Assembly: GCA_039831155.1 (NCBI GenBank)
Contig: JBDONT010000008.1
Location: 1-64,000, forward strand
Source: Nautiliaceae bacterium
GTDB taxonomy: Bacteria > Campylobacterota > Campylobacteria > Campylobacterales > Nautiliaceae
Reading direction: 5' to 3'
Length of the DNA stretch: 64,000 nucleotides
Shown: positions 1 to 9,102 of the stretch, piece by piece
Layout: every line of letters starts with the position of its first letter
How positions within the stretch are numbered: the first letter of the stretch is position 1
Position numbers and translations under genes: made by a program
Notes under the pieces: model-generated
Databases searched by the model: none
The model's input: only the letters and a program-made list of their open reading frames with translations
Told to the model about the DNA's origin: nothing

Positions 1-134
1 CTCCTCTTCTTTCAATGCCTCTAATACTACCTTAGTTTTTAAATTCTGCACTGTATGTCTTTTTCTTTCTCATTTTTACCCCTTTTAGTTATTTATTCTA
101 TCATATCTTTGTCTGAATATTTAGGGGCATTATA
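1..134 (-). mobile_element. IS3-family insertion sequence, left end (IRL plus start of frameshifted orfA); runs off the window
   Basis: Minus strand 134-110 reads TATAATGCCCCTAAATATTCAGACA, resembling IS3/IS150-type terminal repeats. An RBS-like AAGGGG and ATG at 73 give MRKKKTYSAEFK, and after a 1-nt shift in an A5 run TKVVLEALKEEE, a typical IS3 OrfA HTH start. Confidence 0.75.
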
Positions 135-284
135 CATATCGCTTTTTATTGTTAAAATGTCAAGTGATTCTTTTAATATTTCGAGTGCTTTTTCGTTTTT
201 ATCAATTGTTACGTTGTGCTTTAAAGAGAGGGTTTTTGCTATGTTATACCCCACTTTTTCGGCACCGGCTATTAAAATATTCAT
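135..284 (-). pseudogene. TrkA-like K+ uptake NAD-binding protein, N-terminal fragment interrupted by the IS
   Basis: MNILIAGAEKVGYNIAKTLSLKHNVTIDKNEKAL resembles the TrkA_N Rossmann start (GAGxVG degenerate to GAEKVG). RBS AAGGAG upstream. The frame runs into the IS end and stops at 93. Confidence 0.7.
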
Positions 285-474
285 TTTCACTCCTTTTGGG
301 AAATTATACAACTTTTAACTTAAATTGGGGATGAAATTTTTTATTACTATTAGTAACAAAATATGAAAAAAAGCGTTTTTTACTTAAAGATTGACAATTT
401 AAGAGAAAATTTATGCTATATTAATACTACTTTAAGTAAAATTTAGTTAAAATATGACAAAAAAAGGATAACTT

Positions 475-1032
475 ATGCTACAAATTAGATGGCATTCACG
501 TGCGGGACAAGGGGCAGTAACAGGTGCGAAGGCTCTTGCTGATGTTATGGCTAGAACTGGTAAGTATGTACAGGCGTATTCGGTATACGGTGCGGAAAAA
601 AGAGGGGCACCTATGACTGCTTATGATAAGATTGCAGATGAGCCTATTTTAGACCATTCAAAATGGATGATACCGGATTATGTATTGGTTATCGACCCTT
701 CTTTGGTTTTTCAAGAAGAGATTGTAGATAATACGACTGATGATACGGTATTTATCGTAACGTCTCATTTAAATAAAGATGAACTTGTAAAAATGGCAAA
801 ACATCTTGAAGCTAAAAAGCTTTATGTAATTGACGCTATTAAAATTTCTCAAGAAGAAATTGGAAGAGCGATTCCAAACACACCAATGCTAGGAGCTTTT
901 ATAAAAATAAGTCAAATTTTACCTTTCGAAGATTTCTTAGTGTCAATTGAAGATATCTTATCAAAATTCCCACAAAAAATTATTGACGGTAACTTAAGAG
1001 CTATTAAAAGAGCTTACGAAGAAGTAAATTAA
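475..1032 (+). CDS. porC: pyruvate:ferredoxin/flavodoxin oxidoreductase gamma subunit (porG in Helicobacter nomenclature)
   Basis: IRWHSRAGQGAVT, YGAEKRGAP, IPNTPMLGA motifs; first gene of the por operon. Confidence 0.95.
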   Translation: MLQIRWHSRAGQGAVTGAKALADVMARTGKYVQAYSVYGAEKRGAPMTAYDKIADEPILDHSKWMIPDYVLVIDPSLVFQEEIVDNTTDDTVFIVTSHLNKDELVKMAKHLEAKKLYVIDAIKISQEEIGRAIPNTPMLGAFIKISQILPFEDFLVSIEDILSKFPQKIIDGNLRAIKRAYEEVN

Positions 1033-1041
1033 GGAGATATT

Positions 1042-1455
1042 ATGGCAACACCAAAAGAAATGTTAACAACTTGGGATAATATTCAATTCGGAGCAGTTTT
1101 ACCTGCATTTGAAGACCCGGAAAAGAAAATTAGAAGTAAATTCCATTCATACAATTATAAAGTAGCTGATTGGAGGGTTGAAAAACCGGTATTTAACAGA
1201 GAACTTTGTATCGATTGTGATTTTTGTTGGGTATTTTGTCCGGATAGCTGTTTTGAAGTTGAAGAAGTTGTAAACAAAAGAGGTAAAAAACAGGCAAAAA
1301 TCAAAGGAATTAATTATAACCTTTGTAAAGGGTGTGGAGTGTGTGTAGAAGTTTGTCCAACTCCAATTAAATCACTTCTTATGTTCCCAGAACATGTTGA
1401 AACGCAAGAGGCTTTAAAACAATGGCCTACAAAAGAAGATAAAAAGGATAAATAA
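1042..1455 (+). CDS. porD: pyruvate oxidoreductase delta subunit (2x[4Fe-4S])
   Basis: WRVEKPV plus CIDCDFCWVFCP and CKGCGVCVEVCP ferredoxin motifs. Confidence 0.95.
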   Translation: MATPKEMLTTWDNIQFGAVLPAFEDPEKKIRSKFHSYNYKVADWRVEKPVFNRELCIDCDFCWVFCPDSCFEVEEVVNKRGKKQAKIKGINYNLCKGCGVCVEVCPTPIKSLLMFPEHVETQEALKQWPTKEDKKDK

Positions 1456-2672
1456 TGGCTGAAAGATACGAATTAAAAAGTAAGGAAGTTTGGGATGGAA
1501 ATATGGCGGCGGCTCACGCCTTAAGACAAGCTCAAGTTGATGTAGTTGCAGCTTATCCTATTACACCGTCAACTCCAATCGTTCAAAATTATGCTCAATT
1601 TTTGGCTGACGGATATGTTGACGGTGAATTTGTAAAGGTTGAAAGCGAACATTCAGCAATGAGTGCTTGTGTTGGTGCTGCGGCTGCCGGTGGTAGAGTA
1701 GCAACTGCTACTTCAAGTCAAGGTTACGCTTTGATGGTAGAGGTACTTTACCAAGCAAGCGGTATGAGACTGCCTATTGTTATGACGGTAGTAAACAGAG
1801 CTCTTGCATCTCCACTTAATATTCACGGAGACCATAGTGATTTATATTTAGGTAGAGATGCCGGATGGATTCATCTAATTGCAAATAACCCGCAAGAAGC
1901 GTATGATATGACTTTATGTGCGTTTAAGATTGCTGAAGATGAAAGAGTTAGACTTCCGGTTACAACAAACCAAGACGGGTTTTTAGTATCACACACGGCT
2001 CAAGTAGTTGAACCTCTTCAAGATGAAGATGCTTATAAATTTATAGGTGAATACAAAGCCTTAAATCCAATGCTTGATACAAAAAATCCGGTAACATACG
2101 GAGCTCAAACAGAAGAAGAGTGGCATTTTGAACACAAAGCTGCTCAACACAAAGCATTAATGGATAGCTTCCCGGTAATTGAGGAAGTGTTTAATGAATT
2201 CGAAAAACTTACAGGTAGAAAATACAATCTTGTTGAAACATATAAACTTGATGACGCTGATATCGCACTTGTAGTTATGGGAAGTGCATATGAAACTGCA
2301 ATGCTTGCAGTAGATAAAGCTAGAAGTGAGGGTATTAAAGTAGGTCTACTTATGCCAAGAGTATTTAGACCGTTTCCGTATAATGAAATTGCTAAAAAAC
2401 TTAAAAACGTAAAAGCGATTGCGGCACTTGATAGAAGTGCACCTATGGGAACAACAGGAGCTCTTTATAATGAAGTGGCAGGAGCACTTGTAGCAAACGG
2501 ACAAAGTGCTATTATGACAAACTATATCTATGGACTTGGTGGAAGAGATACGACTGTTGAACATATTTTAGAAGTTATTAAAGAAACAAAACAAAATGCA
2601 GACGCTGGAAAAAGAGTAACTGACTTACAAGGTTTCATAAACCTTAGAGGTCCTAAGTTATCATTTAATTAA
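1455..2672 (+). CDS. porA: pyruvate oxidoreductase alpha subunit
   Basis: AAYPITPST, VESEHSAMS, TATSSQG, YGLGGRD. Confidence 0.97.
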   Translation: MAERYELKSKEVWDGNMAAAHALRQAQVDVVAAYPITPSTPIVQNYAQFLADGYVDGEFVKVESEHSAMSACVGAAAAGGRVATATSSQGYALMVEVLYQASGMRLPIVMTVVNRALASPLNIHGDHSDLYLGRDAGWIHLIANNPQEAYDMTLCAFKIAEDERVRLPVTTNQDGFLVSHTAQVVEPLQDEDAYKFIGEYKALNPMLDTKNPVTYGAQTEEEWHFEHKAAQHKALMDSFPVIEEVFNEFEKLTGRKYNLVETYKLDDADIALVVMGSAYETAMLAVDKARSEGIKVGLLMPRVFRPFPYNEIAKKLKNVKAIAALDRSAPMGTTGALYNEVAGALVANGQSAIMTNYIYGLGGRDTTVEHILEVIKETKQNADAGKRVTDLQGFINLRGPKLSFN

Positions 2673-2681
2673 GGAGTTTTT

Positions 2682-3635
2682 ATGAAAAAGATTACAACAT
2701 TAAAAGAATTTGCGTGTACTCCTGATAGATTTCAAGGTGGTCATAGATTATGTCCCGGATGTGCTCATAGTATGATAGTTAGAGAAGTAGTAAACGCTAC
2801 TGATGATGATTTGGTTATTTCTACGGCAACCGGATGTTTAGAAGTGTGTACTTCAATTTATCCGTATACGTCTTGGGATGTGTCTTGGATTCATATCGGA
2901 TTTGAAAACGCAGCAGCAGGGATTGCCGGTGCTGAAGCTATGTATAGTGCACTTAGCAGAAAAAATAAACTTTATAATGAAGACAGAAGAGTTAAATTTG
3001 TAGCATTCGGTGGTGACGGTGGTACGTACGATATTGGTTTTCAATCACTAAGTGGTGCTGCTGAGAGAGGACATGACTTTTTATATGTTTGTCTTGATAA
3101 CGAAAACTACGCAAACACAGGAGGTCAAAGAAGTAGTGCGACTCCTCTAGGGGCTCATACTTCAACAACTCCAAGAGGAAGAGTCAGTTACGGTGAAAAA
3201 CAAAGAAAAAAAGACCTTACAATGATTATGGCGGCTCATGGATGTCCATATGTAGCTACAGCTATTCCTGGTTCTAAACACTGGAAAGATTTAGCACAAA
3301 AAGCTGCAAAAGCTATCAGCACTGTAGGTCCTACATTTATTAATGCACTTAGTCCATGTACAACTGAATGGAAATTTAAACCGGAAGAAACTGTTGAAAT
3401 TGCAGACCTTGCAGTTGAAACTTGTGCGTTTCCTTTATATGAAATTGAGGACGGACACAAACTTACTATTACATACAGACCTAAAAATAAACTTCCTATT
3501 GAAGAGTACTTATCAAGACAAGGAAGATTTTCTCATCTATTCAAACCGGAAAATAAATGGATTATCGAAGAGTGGCAAAAACAAGTTGACGAATATTGGG
3601 ATTATTTACAAAGAAGAGAGGAAGCAGGGGTTTAA
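2682..3635 (+). CDS. porB: pyruvate oxidoreductase beta subunit (TPP-binding)
   Basis: GHRLCPGC, GGDGGTYDIG, DNENYANTGGQ. Confidence 0.97.
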   Translation: MKKITTLKEFACTPDRFQGGHRLCPGCAHSMIVREVVNATDDDLVISTATGCLEVCTSIYPYTSWDVSWIHIGFENAAAGIAGAEAMYSALSRKNKLYNEDRRVKFVAFGGDGGTYDIGFQSLSGAAERGHDFLYVCLDNENYANTGGQRSSATPLGAHTSTTPRGRVSYGEKQRKKDLTMIMAAHGCPYVATAIPGSKHWKDLAQKAAKAISTVGPTFINALSPCTTEWKFKPEETVEIADLAVETCAFPLYEIEDGHKLTITYRPKNKLPIEEYLSRQGRFSHLFKPENKWIIEEWQKQVDEYWDYLQRREEAGV

Positions 3636-3691
3636 TTCTCTTCTTTTTTATTTTATTTTACTTAATTATGCCAGACACTAGAGAGGTAAAC

Positions 3692-4069
3692 GTGGAGAAA
3701 ATTATAGAAATACCTATAATAAAACTTGAATGGAGTAAGTGGTATAATTTTAGTGAAATTGAAAAAGATGCAAGACAAAACGGTATTAATGTTTCGAATA
3801 AGTCGGGTGTTTATGAAGTAATAAATGAAAATGGAGAAATTTTACATATAGGAAGAGCATCTAATCTTAGAATGAGAGTAAAACAAGGACTTGTAAAAGA
3901 CAAAACACCTCATTCGACCAGAAAAAGAATGTTAGAAGATGGTGTTAATTTTAATAATTTAAAAGTAAGATGGGCAGTTACTGATTGGCCAAATAGTGTA
4001 GAGGAGTTTTTACATAAAAAATATAAGAAGAAATACGGAACTCTTCCAAAATACACAAAAGTGACTTAA
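3692..4069 (+). CDS. stand-alone GIY-YIG nuclease family protein
   Basis: SGVY...LHIGRASNLRMR and a downstream Glu (NSVEEFL); GTG start at 3692 after RBS GAGAGG. Confidence 0.75.
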   Translation: MEKIIEIPIIKLEWSKWYNFSEIEKDARQNGINVSNKSGVYEVINENGEILHIGRASNLRMRVKQGLVKDKTPHSTRKRMLEDGVNFNNLKVRWAVTDWPNSVEEFLHKKYKKKYGTLPKYTKVT

Positions 4070-4998
4070 ATCCACTTTTTCTTTTTAAGCCATATAAATA
4101 TACCACCAGCAAGTGTAATATTTACAATCCATACGGCAAGATAACCATATTTCCAATCTAATTCCGGCATATATTTAAAATTCATCCCATAATTTCCAAC
4201 TACGAATGTTAGAGGTAAGAAAATAAGCGAGATTGCCGCTAAGCGTTGCATAGCTTTATTCATTCTAGTAGATAATATACCCATATGGAGGTTTAATAAA
4301 TATCCTGTTCTATCAAGAAGGGTTCTTGATTCGTTAATTAAATATTTTAAGTGTTCGTTTAAGTCTATAAATTCGTATTTTAAGTTTTCTTTGATTTGAG
4401 GGTCGAATCTGTGATAGGCTTTGTTTAATACGTCTTTTTCGTGGATAGAGACTTTTGTGATTCTATTTAGCGTACGTCTTGCGTAGTAGATGTCTTTTTG
4501 TAAGTCGTTCTCTTCTATGTTTTCGTGAAAAATACTGTCTTCTAAATCTTCCAAAGCCTCGTCTATTACGTCTATAATAAGAATGGTGTTATCTACCAAA
4601 ATATCTGCCACTTGATAAAGTAGATATTCAAAATCTTTATATTTATGGCGTCTTTTTGCAAATTTTTTGGCAAGTTCTACGATAATGTCTCTTTTTTCGG
4701 CTAAAATGAAAAGTTTGTTTTCCGTAATAATAATTACTACGTTTGAATCGTCATAAAGTAGGTTTTCGTCTTCGTCAAATGATATATATTTTAAAACCAT
4801 AAATTTGAAGTTTTCACCCTCTTCATAGGTAATTGACTGCTCTTCGCTTTGAATATCTTCTATAAAGCTTTCCGGGAAAGAGTGTTTTCTTAGCCAATTT
4901 AAAATATTTTCGTTGTTTACGGTTGAAAAGATGATTTGTCTTTTGTTTGTAATTTTTATTTCATCTGTTCTTTGAAGTTTATCTGTGAAGATGAACAT
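4066..4998 (-). CDS. corA: CorA-family Mg2+/Co2+ transporter
   Basis: C-terminal IFLPLTFVVGNYGMNFKYMPEL (GMN and MPEL signatures) with two TM helices. Confidence 0.93.
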   Translation of the reverse strand: MFIFTDKLQRTDEIKITNKRQIIFSTVNNENILNWLRKHSFPESFIEDIQSEEQSITYEEGENFKFMVLKYISFDEDENLLYDDSNVVIIITENKLFILAEKRDIIVELAKKFAKRRHKYKDFEYLLYQVADILVDNTILIIDVIDEALEDLEDSIFHENIEENDLQKDIYYARRTLNRITKVSIHEKDVLNKAYHRFDPQIKENLKYEFIDLNEHLKYLINESRTLLDRTGYLLNLHMGILSTRMNKAMQRLAAISLIFLPLTFVVGNYGMNFKYMPELDWKYGYLAVWIVNITLAGGIFIWLKKKKWI

Positions 4999-5001
4999 TT
5001 T

Positions 5002-5072
5002 AGCCTCCTTGAAGGAGGTTGTAGAGGCGATATAAAAATTTTTCTATATCGACTCTACAACCTAAAGATCCT
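5002..5072 (-). promoter_or_regulatory. structured 5' leader of corA (two overlapping hairpins, one covering the RBS)
   Basis: Inverted repeat 5016-5063 (AGGTTGTAGAG-n-CGATATA / TATATCG-n-CTCTACAACCT) and CCTCCT-TCA-AGGAGG just before the ATG; minus-strand TATAAT at 5084-5079. Confidence 0.6.
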
Positions 5073-5145
5073 AGCGAAATTATACTAAAAAAAGTTAATT
5101 TATTTTTAATTACGCTTAAATATAATAACAAAAAAAAGGAAATAT

Positions 5146-6747
5146 ATGAAATTTAATTTTGAGTTAAAATTTACTCAAACTCAATTGATAATTTTTGCTT
5201 CTTTATTTTTTGTTTTGTTTGATAATTTTGTCTTTTTTAAACACTCTTTTCAGGATTTTCATAATCTGTTTTTTATGGTGGGGCTTGGTTGGCTTTTATT
5301 TGTGGTTTTATCGACCCTTTTATCGTTGATTTCCAATAGATATATTATAAAAGGCGTTTTGATTTTACTGTTTTTACTCTCAAGTGCTGCAAGTTATTAT
5401 ATGCAGGAATACGGGGTGATTATTAATGATAAAATGATTCAAAATATCTTTGAAACCGATACGAATGAGGTTAAAGATTTGCTTAATGTAAAGCTTTTTT
5501 TAAATCTTTTCTTTTTAGGGATTTTACCTTCTTTAGTGGTTTATAAGACAAAAATTATAAAAAGACCTTTAAAATCCGAATTTTTTTCAAGATTAAAGCT
5601 TATAGGGTTTAACGTTGTTTCTATTGTCGGGCTTTATTTTGCTTTTTCTAAATATTGGGTTAGTTTTTTTAGAAGCCATAAAACTTTAAGAATGTACACA
5701 AATCCCACTTATTATCTCTATTCTCTTGGGAAATATATAAACGAAAAATATTTTACAAAGCCTATAAAATTTAAGCATATAGGGCTTGATGCCGTTCAGT
5801 TAAAAGAGAAAAAGCCTAAACTTGTTATATTTGTTTTGGGAGAAGCGGCTAGGTGGGACCATTTTTCTTTAAACGGATATAAAAGAGATACGAATCCAAA
5901 CTTAGAAATGACTAAAGATTTAATAAATTTCCCGGATGTTCATTCTTGTGGGACTGAAACGGCAGTAAGTGTGCCTTGTATGTTTTCGCCTTATACAAAA
6001 AGCGAATATTCCGATAAGCTTGCAAAAAATACCGATTCCGTTATAGATGTAATAAACAGAGCTAAGGTAAACGTTTTATGGAGGGATAACGATTCGGGGT
6101 CTAAAGGTGTCGCAAGTAGAATTAAAAATTATGAGGATTTTAATAACGCAAATATAAAACCTTTTTGTAAAGACGGAAATTGTGTTGATGACGTGTTGTT
6201 TGTGGGGCTTCAAAAATGGATAGACGATATAAATAATTCAAATAACGTCTTTATCGTACTTCATACGAAAGGTTCTCACGGACCGGCTTATTATAAAAGG
6301 TATCCTAAAGAGTATGAGAAGTTTAAACCGGTTTGCAAAAGTAACCAACTTCAAAACTGTAAAAAAGAAGAGGTTGTAAACGCTTATGACAATACTATTT
6401 TATATACCGACCATATTCTTAAAAAAACAATAGAATTTTTAAAAAAGAACCAAAAAAAATATAACGTCGCTATGTATTATATGTCCGACCACGGGGAGAG
6501 TCTTGGAGAAAACGGCATATATCTTCACGGAATGCCTTATTTTATAGCACCGGATGCTCAAAAACATCCGGCATCGGTTGTGTGGTTTGGAGAAGAGTTT
6601 GATATTAATATCTCTTGTGTAAAAAGTATAGCTTCTAAAGCATATACGCAAGATAATCTTTTTAGTACCCTTTTAGGGCTTGTGGATGTAAAAACGAAAG
6701 TTTATAATCCGAAAATGGATATTTTTAGGGAGTGTAGAGTAAAATGA
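5146..6747 (+). CDS. eptA: lipid A phosphoethanolamine transferase
   Basis: N-terminal TM region; VLGEAAR, SCGTETAVSVPCMFS, GSHGPAYYKRYP, SDHGESLGENGIYLHG. Confidence 0.95.
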   Translation: MKFNFELKFTQTQLIIFASLFFVLFDNFVFFKHSFQDFHNLFFMVGLGWLLFVVLSTLLSLISNRYIIKGVLILLFLLSSAASYYMQEYGVIINDKMIQNIFETDTNEVKDLLNVKLFLNLFFLGILPSLVVYKTKIIKRPLKSEFFSRLKLIGFNVVSIVGLYFAFSKYWVSFFRSHKTLRMYTNPTYYLYSLGKYINEKYFTKPIKFKHIGLDAVQLKEKKPKLVIFVLGEAARWDHFSLNGYKRDTNPNLEMTKDLINFPDVHSCGTETAVSVPCMFSPYTKSEYSDKLAKNTDSVIDVINRAKVNVLWRDNDSGSKGVASRIKNYEDFNNANIKPFCKDGNCVDDVLFVGLQKWIDDINNSNNVFIVLHTKGSHGPAYYKRYPKEYEKFKPVCKSNQLQNCKKEEVVNAYDNTILYTDHILKKTIEFLKKNQKKYNVAMYYMSDHGESLGENGIYLHGMPYFIAPDAQKHPASVVWFGEEFDINISCVKSIASKAYTQDNLFSTLLGLVDVKTKVYNPKMDIFRECRVK

Positions 6748-7097
6748 AACCAAAATACAGTTTTATGAAAAATTTTAAGTATGCAAGAGAAGGGTTTAAG
6801 AGTGTATTTTTAAATGAAAGTTCTTTTAAACTTCAAGTGCTTTTTTTTGTTATTTTTTCCATTGTGGCACTCTTTTTGCCTTATCCTATTTGGGCTAAAG
6901 TGTTTATTATAGCAAGTATGTTAGTACCGGTTGTTGTTGAACTTTTAAATTCCGCGATAGAAGGGGTTGTAGATTTGGTAAGTCCTAATTTTCACGAACT
7001 TGCCAAATATGCAAAAGACGCCGCGGCTGCGGCCGTAATGGTTTCTATTGTGATTCCCATTATGGTGTGGGTTGGGTTTATTATCTATTTTTGGTAG
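6744..7097 (+). CDS. dgkA: diacylglycerol kinase
   Basis: VELLNSAIEGVVDL, AKYAKDAAAAAV; ATGA overlap with eptA. Confidence 0.93.
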   Translation: MKPKYSFMKNFKYAREGFKSVFLNESSFKLQVLFFVIFSIVALFLPYPIWAKVFIIASMLVPVVVELLNSAIEGVVDLVSPNFHELAKYAKDAAAAAVMVSIVIPIMVWVGFIIYFW

Positions 7098-8239
7098 AAA
7101 AATTCTATTATAAGTTCAACCCCACCTTTGCTTTTTATTTCTATTTTTCCGTTGTGAAGGTTTATAATGGATTTTACGATAGAAAGACCCAGTCCGAATC
7201 CTTTAATTTTTTTGTTTCTGCTCTCATCAACTCTATAAAATTCATCAAAAATAAAAGGAAGTTTTTCTTTTGGTATTCCTATTCCGTTGTCTTTAATCGA
7301 TAAAACGATTTTGTTTTTCTCTTTTTTAAGAGAGATTTGAATCTTGGAAGCTCCATATTTTATTGAATTTTCTATAATGTTTGAGAGGGCTATTTTTAAG
7401 AGGGTTTTATCCCCTTTTATTGAGAAGTCGTCTTCTTGAATATCAAGTGAGATAGAGATTTTGGATGAATATTTTTCAAATAGTTCTAAAATAATCTCTT
7501 CTAAATCTACTTCTTCGAAGTTTTGTTTGTTTAGGGTATCTTTTTTGGTTAAAAAGAGAAGTTTGTCGGTTATTTCGTTTATGTAGTTTATTTCATCAAG
7601 AAGGGATTTTAAAAGTTTTTTATCGCAATTATCATTCATAAGGGCTACTTCAATTTCACCTTTCATAACCGTAAGAGGAGTTTTTAGTTCGTGAGAGACG
7701 TTTGAGTTGAATATTTTGAGTCTTTTAAACGCGTCTTCTATGGATGAAGCTACTTCGTCTATAAATTTATAACCTAAAAGAAGGACTATTAAGTAAATAA
7801 AAAGAGAAATGGCAAGTGAAATTGTTTTTACGATTTGAATTTTATCGTCATTTCCGGATATAACGGTGGAGACTTGGATGATTTTGTTGCCTTTTACGTA
7901 GTTATAAATTAAAAGTGTTTCTTTCCCTGTAGGGGTTGAAATTTTTTTCTTAATGAATTTCTCTTCCGGTTTTAATTCTTTTTGGGAAAAAAAGGCGTCT
8001 TTTTTATAAACGATTTTAATAAAAAGAGGGTATACTCTATATTTATGCTGGATTTTAAGAAGAGTTTGTCTGTCGAATTTTTCGTTTGAAATTTCAGTGG
8101 CGATTATTACGAGTTTATCTTTTAAATGCATATTAAAAGAGCTTATTAAAAAGAAAATCAAAGCCCCCTCAAAAAGGGCGATTATTATAAAAACGACTAT
8201 TGCGAATTGAATAAAAAGAGTATTTCTTAAATTATTCAT
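7085..8239 (-). CDS. membrane sensor histidine kinase
   Basis: Two TM segments; SHELKTPL H-box, NIIENSIKY, DNGIGI, GFGLGLSI. Confidence 0.93.
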   Translation of the reverse strand: MNNLRNTLFIQFAIVVFIIIALFEGALIFFLISSFNMHLKDKLVIIATEISNEKFDRQTLLKIQHKYRVYPLFIKIVYKKDAFFSQKELKPEEKFIKKKISTPTGKETLLIYNYVKGNKIIQVSTVISGNDDKIQIVKTISLAISLFIYLIVLLLGYKFIDEVASSIEDAFKRLKIFNSNVSHELKTPLTVMKGEIEVALMNDNCDKKLLKSLLDEINYINEITDKLLFLTKKDTLNKQNFEEVDLEEIILELFEKYSSKISISLDIQEDDFSIKGDKTLLKIALSNIIENSIKYGASKIQISLKKEKNKIVLSIKDNGIGIPKEKLPFIFDEFYRVDESRNKKIKGFGLGLSIVKSIINLHNGKIEIKSKGGVELIIEFFYQK

Positions 8240-9014
8240 CGCTTAGTTTAAATCCCATTCCTCTATATGTTTTAATAAGAGAATAAGTTATACTTTTTTC
8301 TTGTTCTTTTAGCGATTTTATAGTGATATAATCTTTCTCTTTTTTGTTTTCCTTTGCTTTTAATTCGGCTAATTGTTTTTTTATATTTTTTACTTTTTCT
8401 TTTTCTTCTTCGCTTAGAAGTTTTTTTCTCAGATGAGAGATATATACGTTAATTACATTCGAGTCTATATCGCTATCCATTTCCCAAAGATTGTTTTTAA
8501 TCATATCTTCGGTAATCATTTTGTTTTTGTTTATCATAAAATATTTCAAAAGCTCAAACTCTTTTGCGGTAAGTTCTATCAATTTTCCTGCACGTTTTAC
8601 TTCTTTGGTATCGGGGTTAAGTTCCAAATCTTTTATTTTTATTATATTATCGTCAAGATTCTTGCTTCTTCTATATAGGGCTTTTACTCTGGCTATTAAC
8701 TCTTCAAACTCAAAAGGTTTTGTCAAATAGTCATCCGCAATGCTTAAACCTTCCACTTTATCGTCAATATCTCTTTTTGCAGTTAAGATTAAAGCCGGGG
8801 TGTTTTTTTCTTTTTTTAGTTGTTTTAACATATCTATTCCGCTAAGTTCGGGTAACATCCAGTCAACTATCAGTACGTCGTAGTCATTGTTTTGAGCCAT
8901 ATATAAACCCTCTTTCCCGTCGCTTGCCGTATCTATTCTAAATCCTAGCTTTTTAAAACCCTCTTTTATAATTTTTTTTATTTTTTCGTCGTCTTCGATT
9001 AATAAAATTTTCAT
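8232..9014 (-). CDS. OmpR-family response regulator with a long insertion in the winged-helix domain
   Basis: MKILLIEDD, DWMLP, DDYLTKPF, NVINVYISHLRKK ... IKTYRGMGF; ATG at 9014 after RBS AAGGAG. Confidence 0.93.
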   Translation of the reverse strand: MKILLIEDDEKIKKIIKEGFKKLGFRIDTASDGKEGLYMAQNNDYDVLIVDWMLPELSGIDMLKQLKKEKNTPALILTAKRDIDDKVEGLSIADDYLTKPFEFEELIARVKALYRRSKNLDDNIIKIKDLELNPDTKEVKRAGKLIELTAKEFELLKYFMINKNKMITEDMIKNNLWEMDSDIDSNVINVYISHLRKKLLSEEEKEKVKNIKKQLAELKAKENKKEKDYITIKSLKEQEKSITYSLIKTYRGMGFKLSDE

Positions 9015-9102
9015 TTTATCTCCTTTAGTTGATATACTAACTTTTATATTACTATACAAAGTTTAATACAAAAATGTTAAAATTCTATTAAAAAGGTTTA
9101 TA

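Noticed and set aside
55..334. Plus-strand ORFs 55-318 and 149-334
   Set aside because: Antisense shadows of the trkA fragment and IS end; no RBS or recognisable motifs
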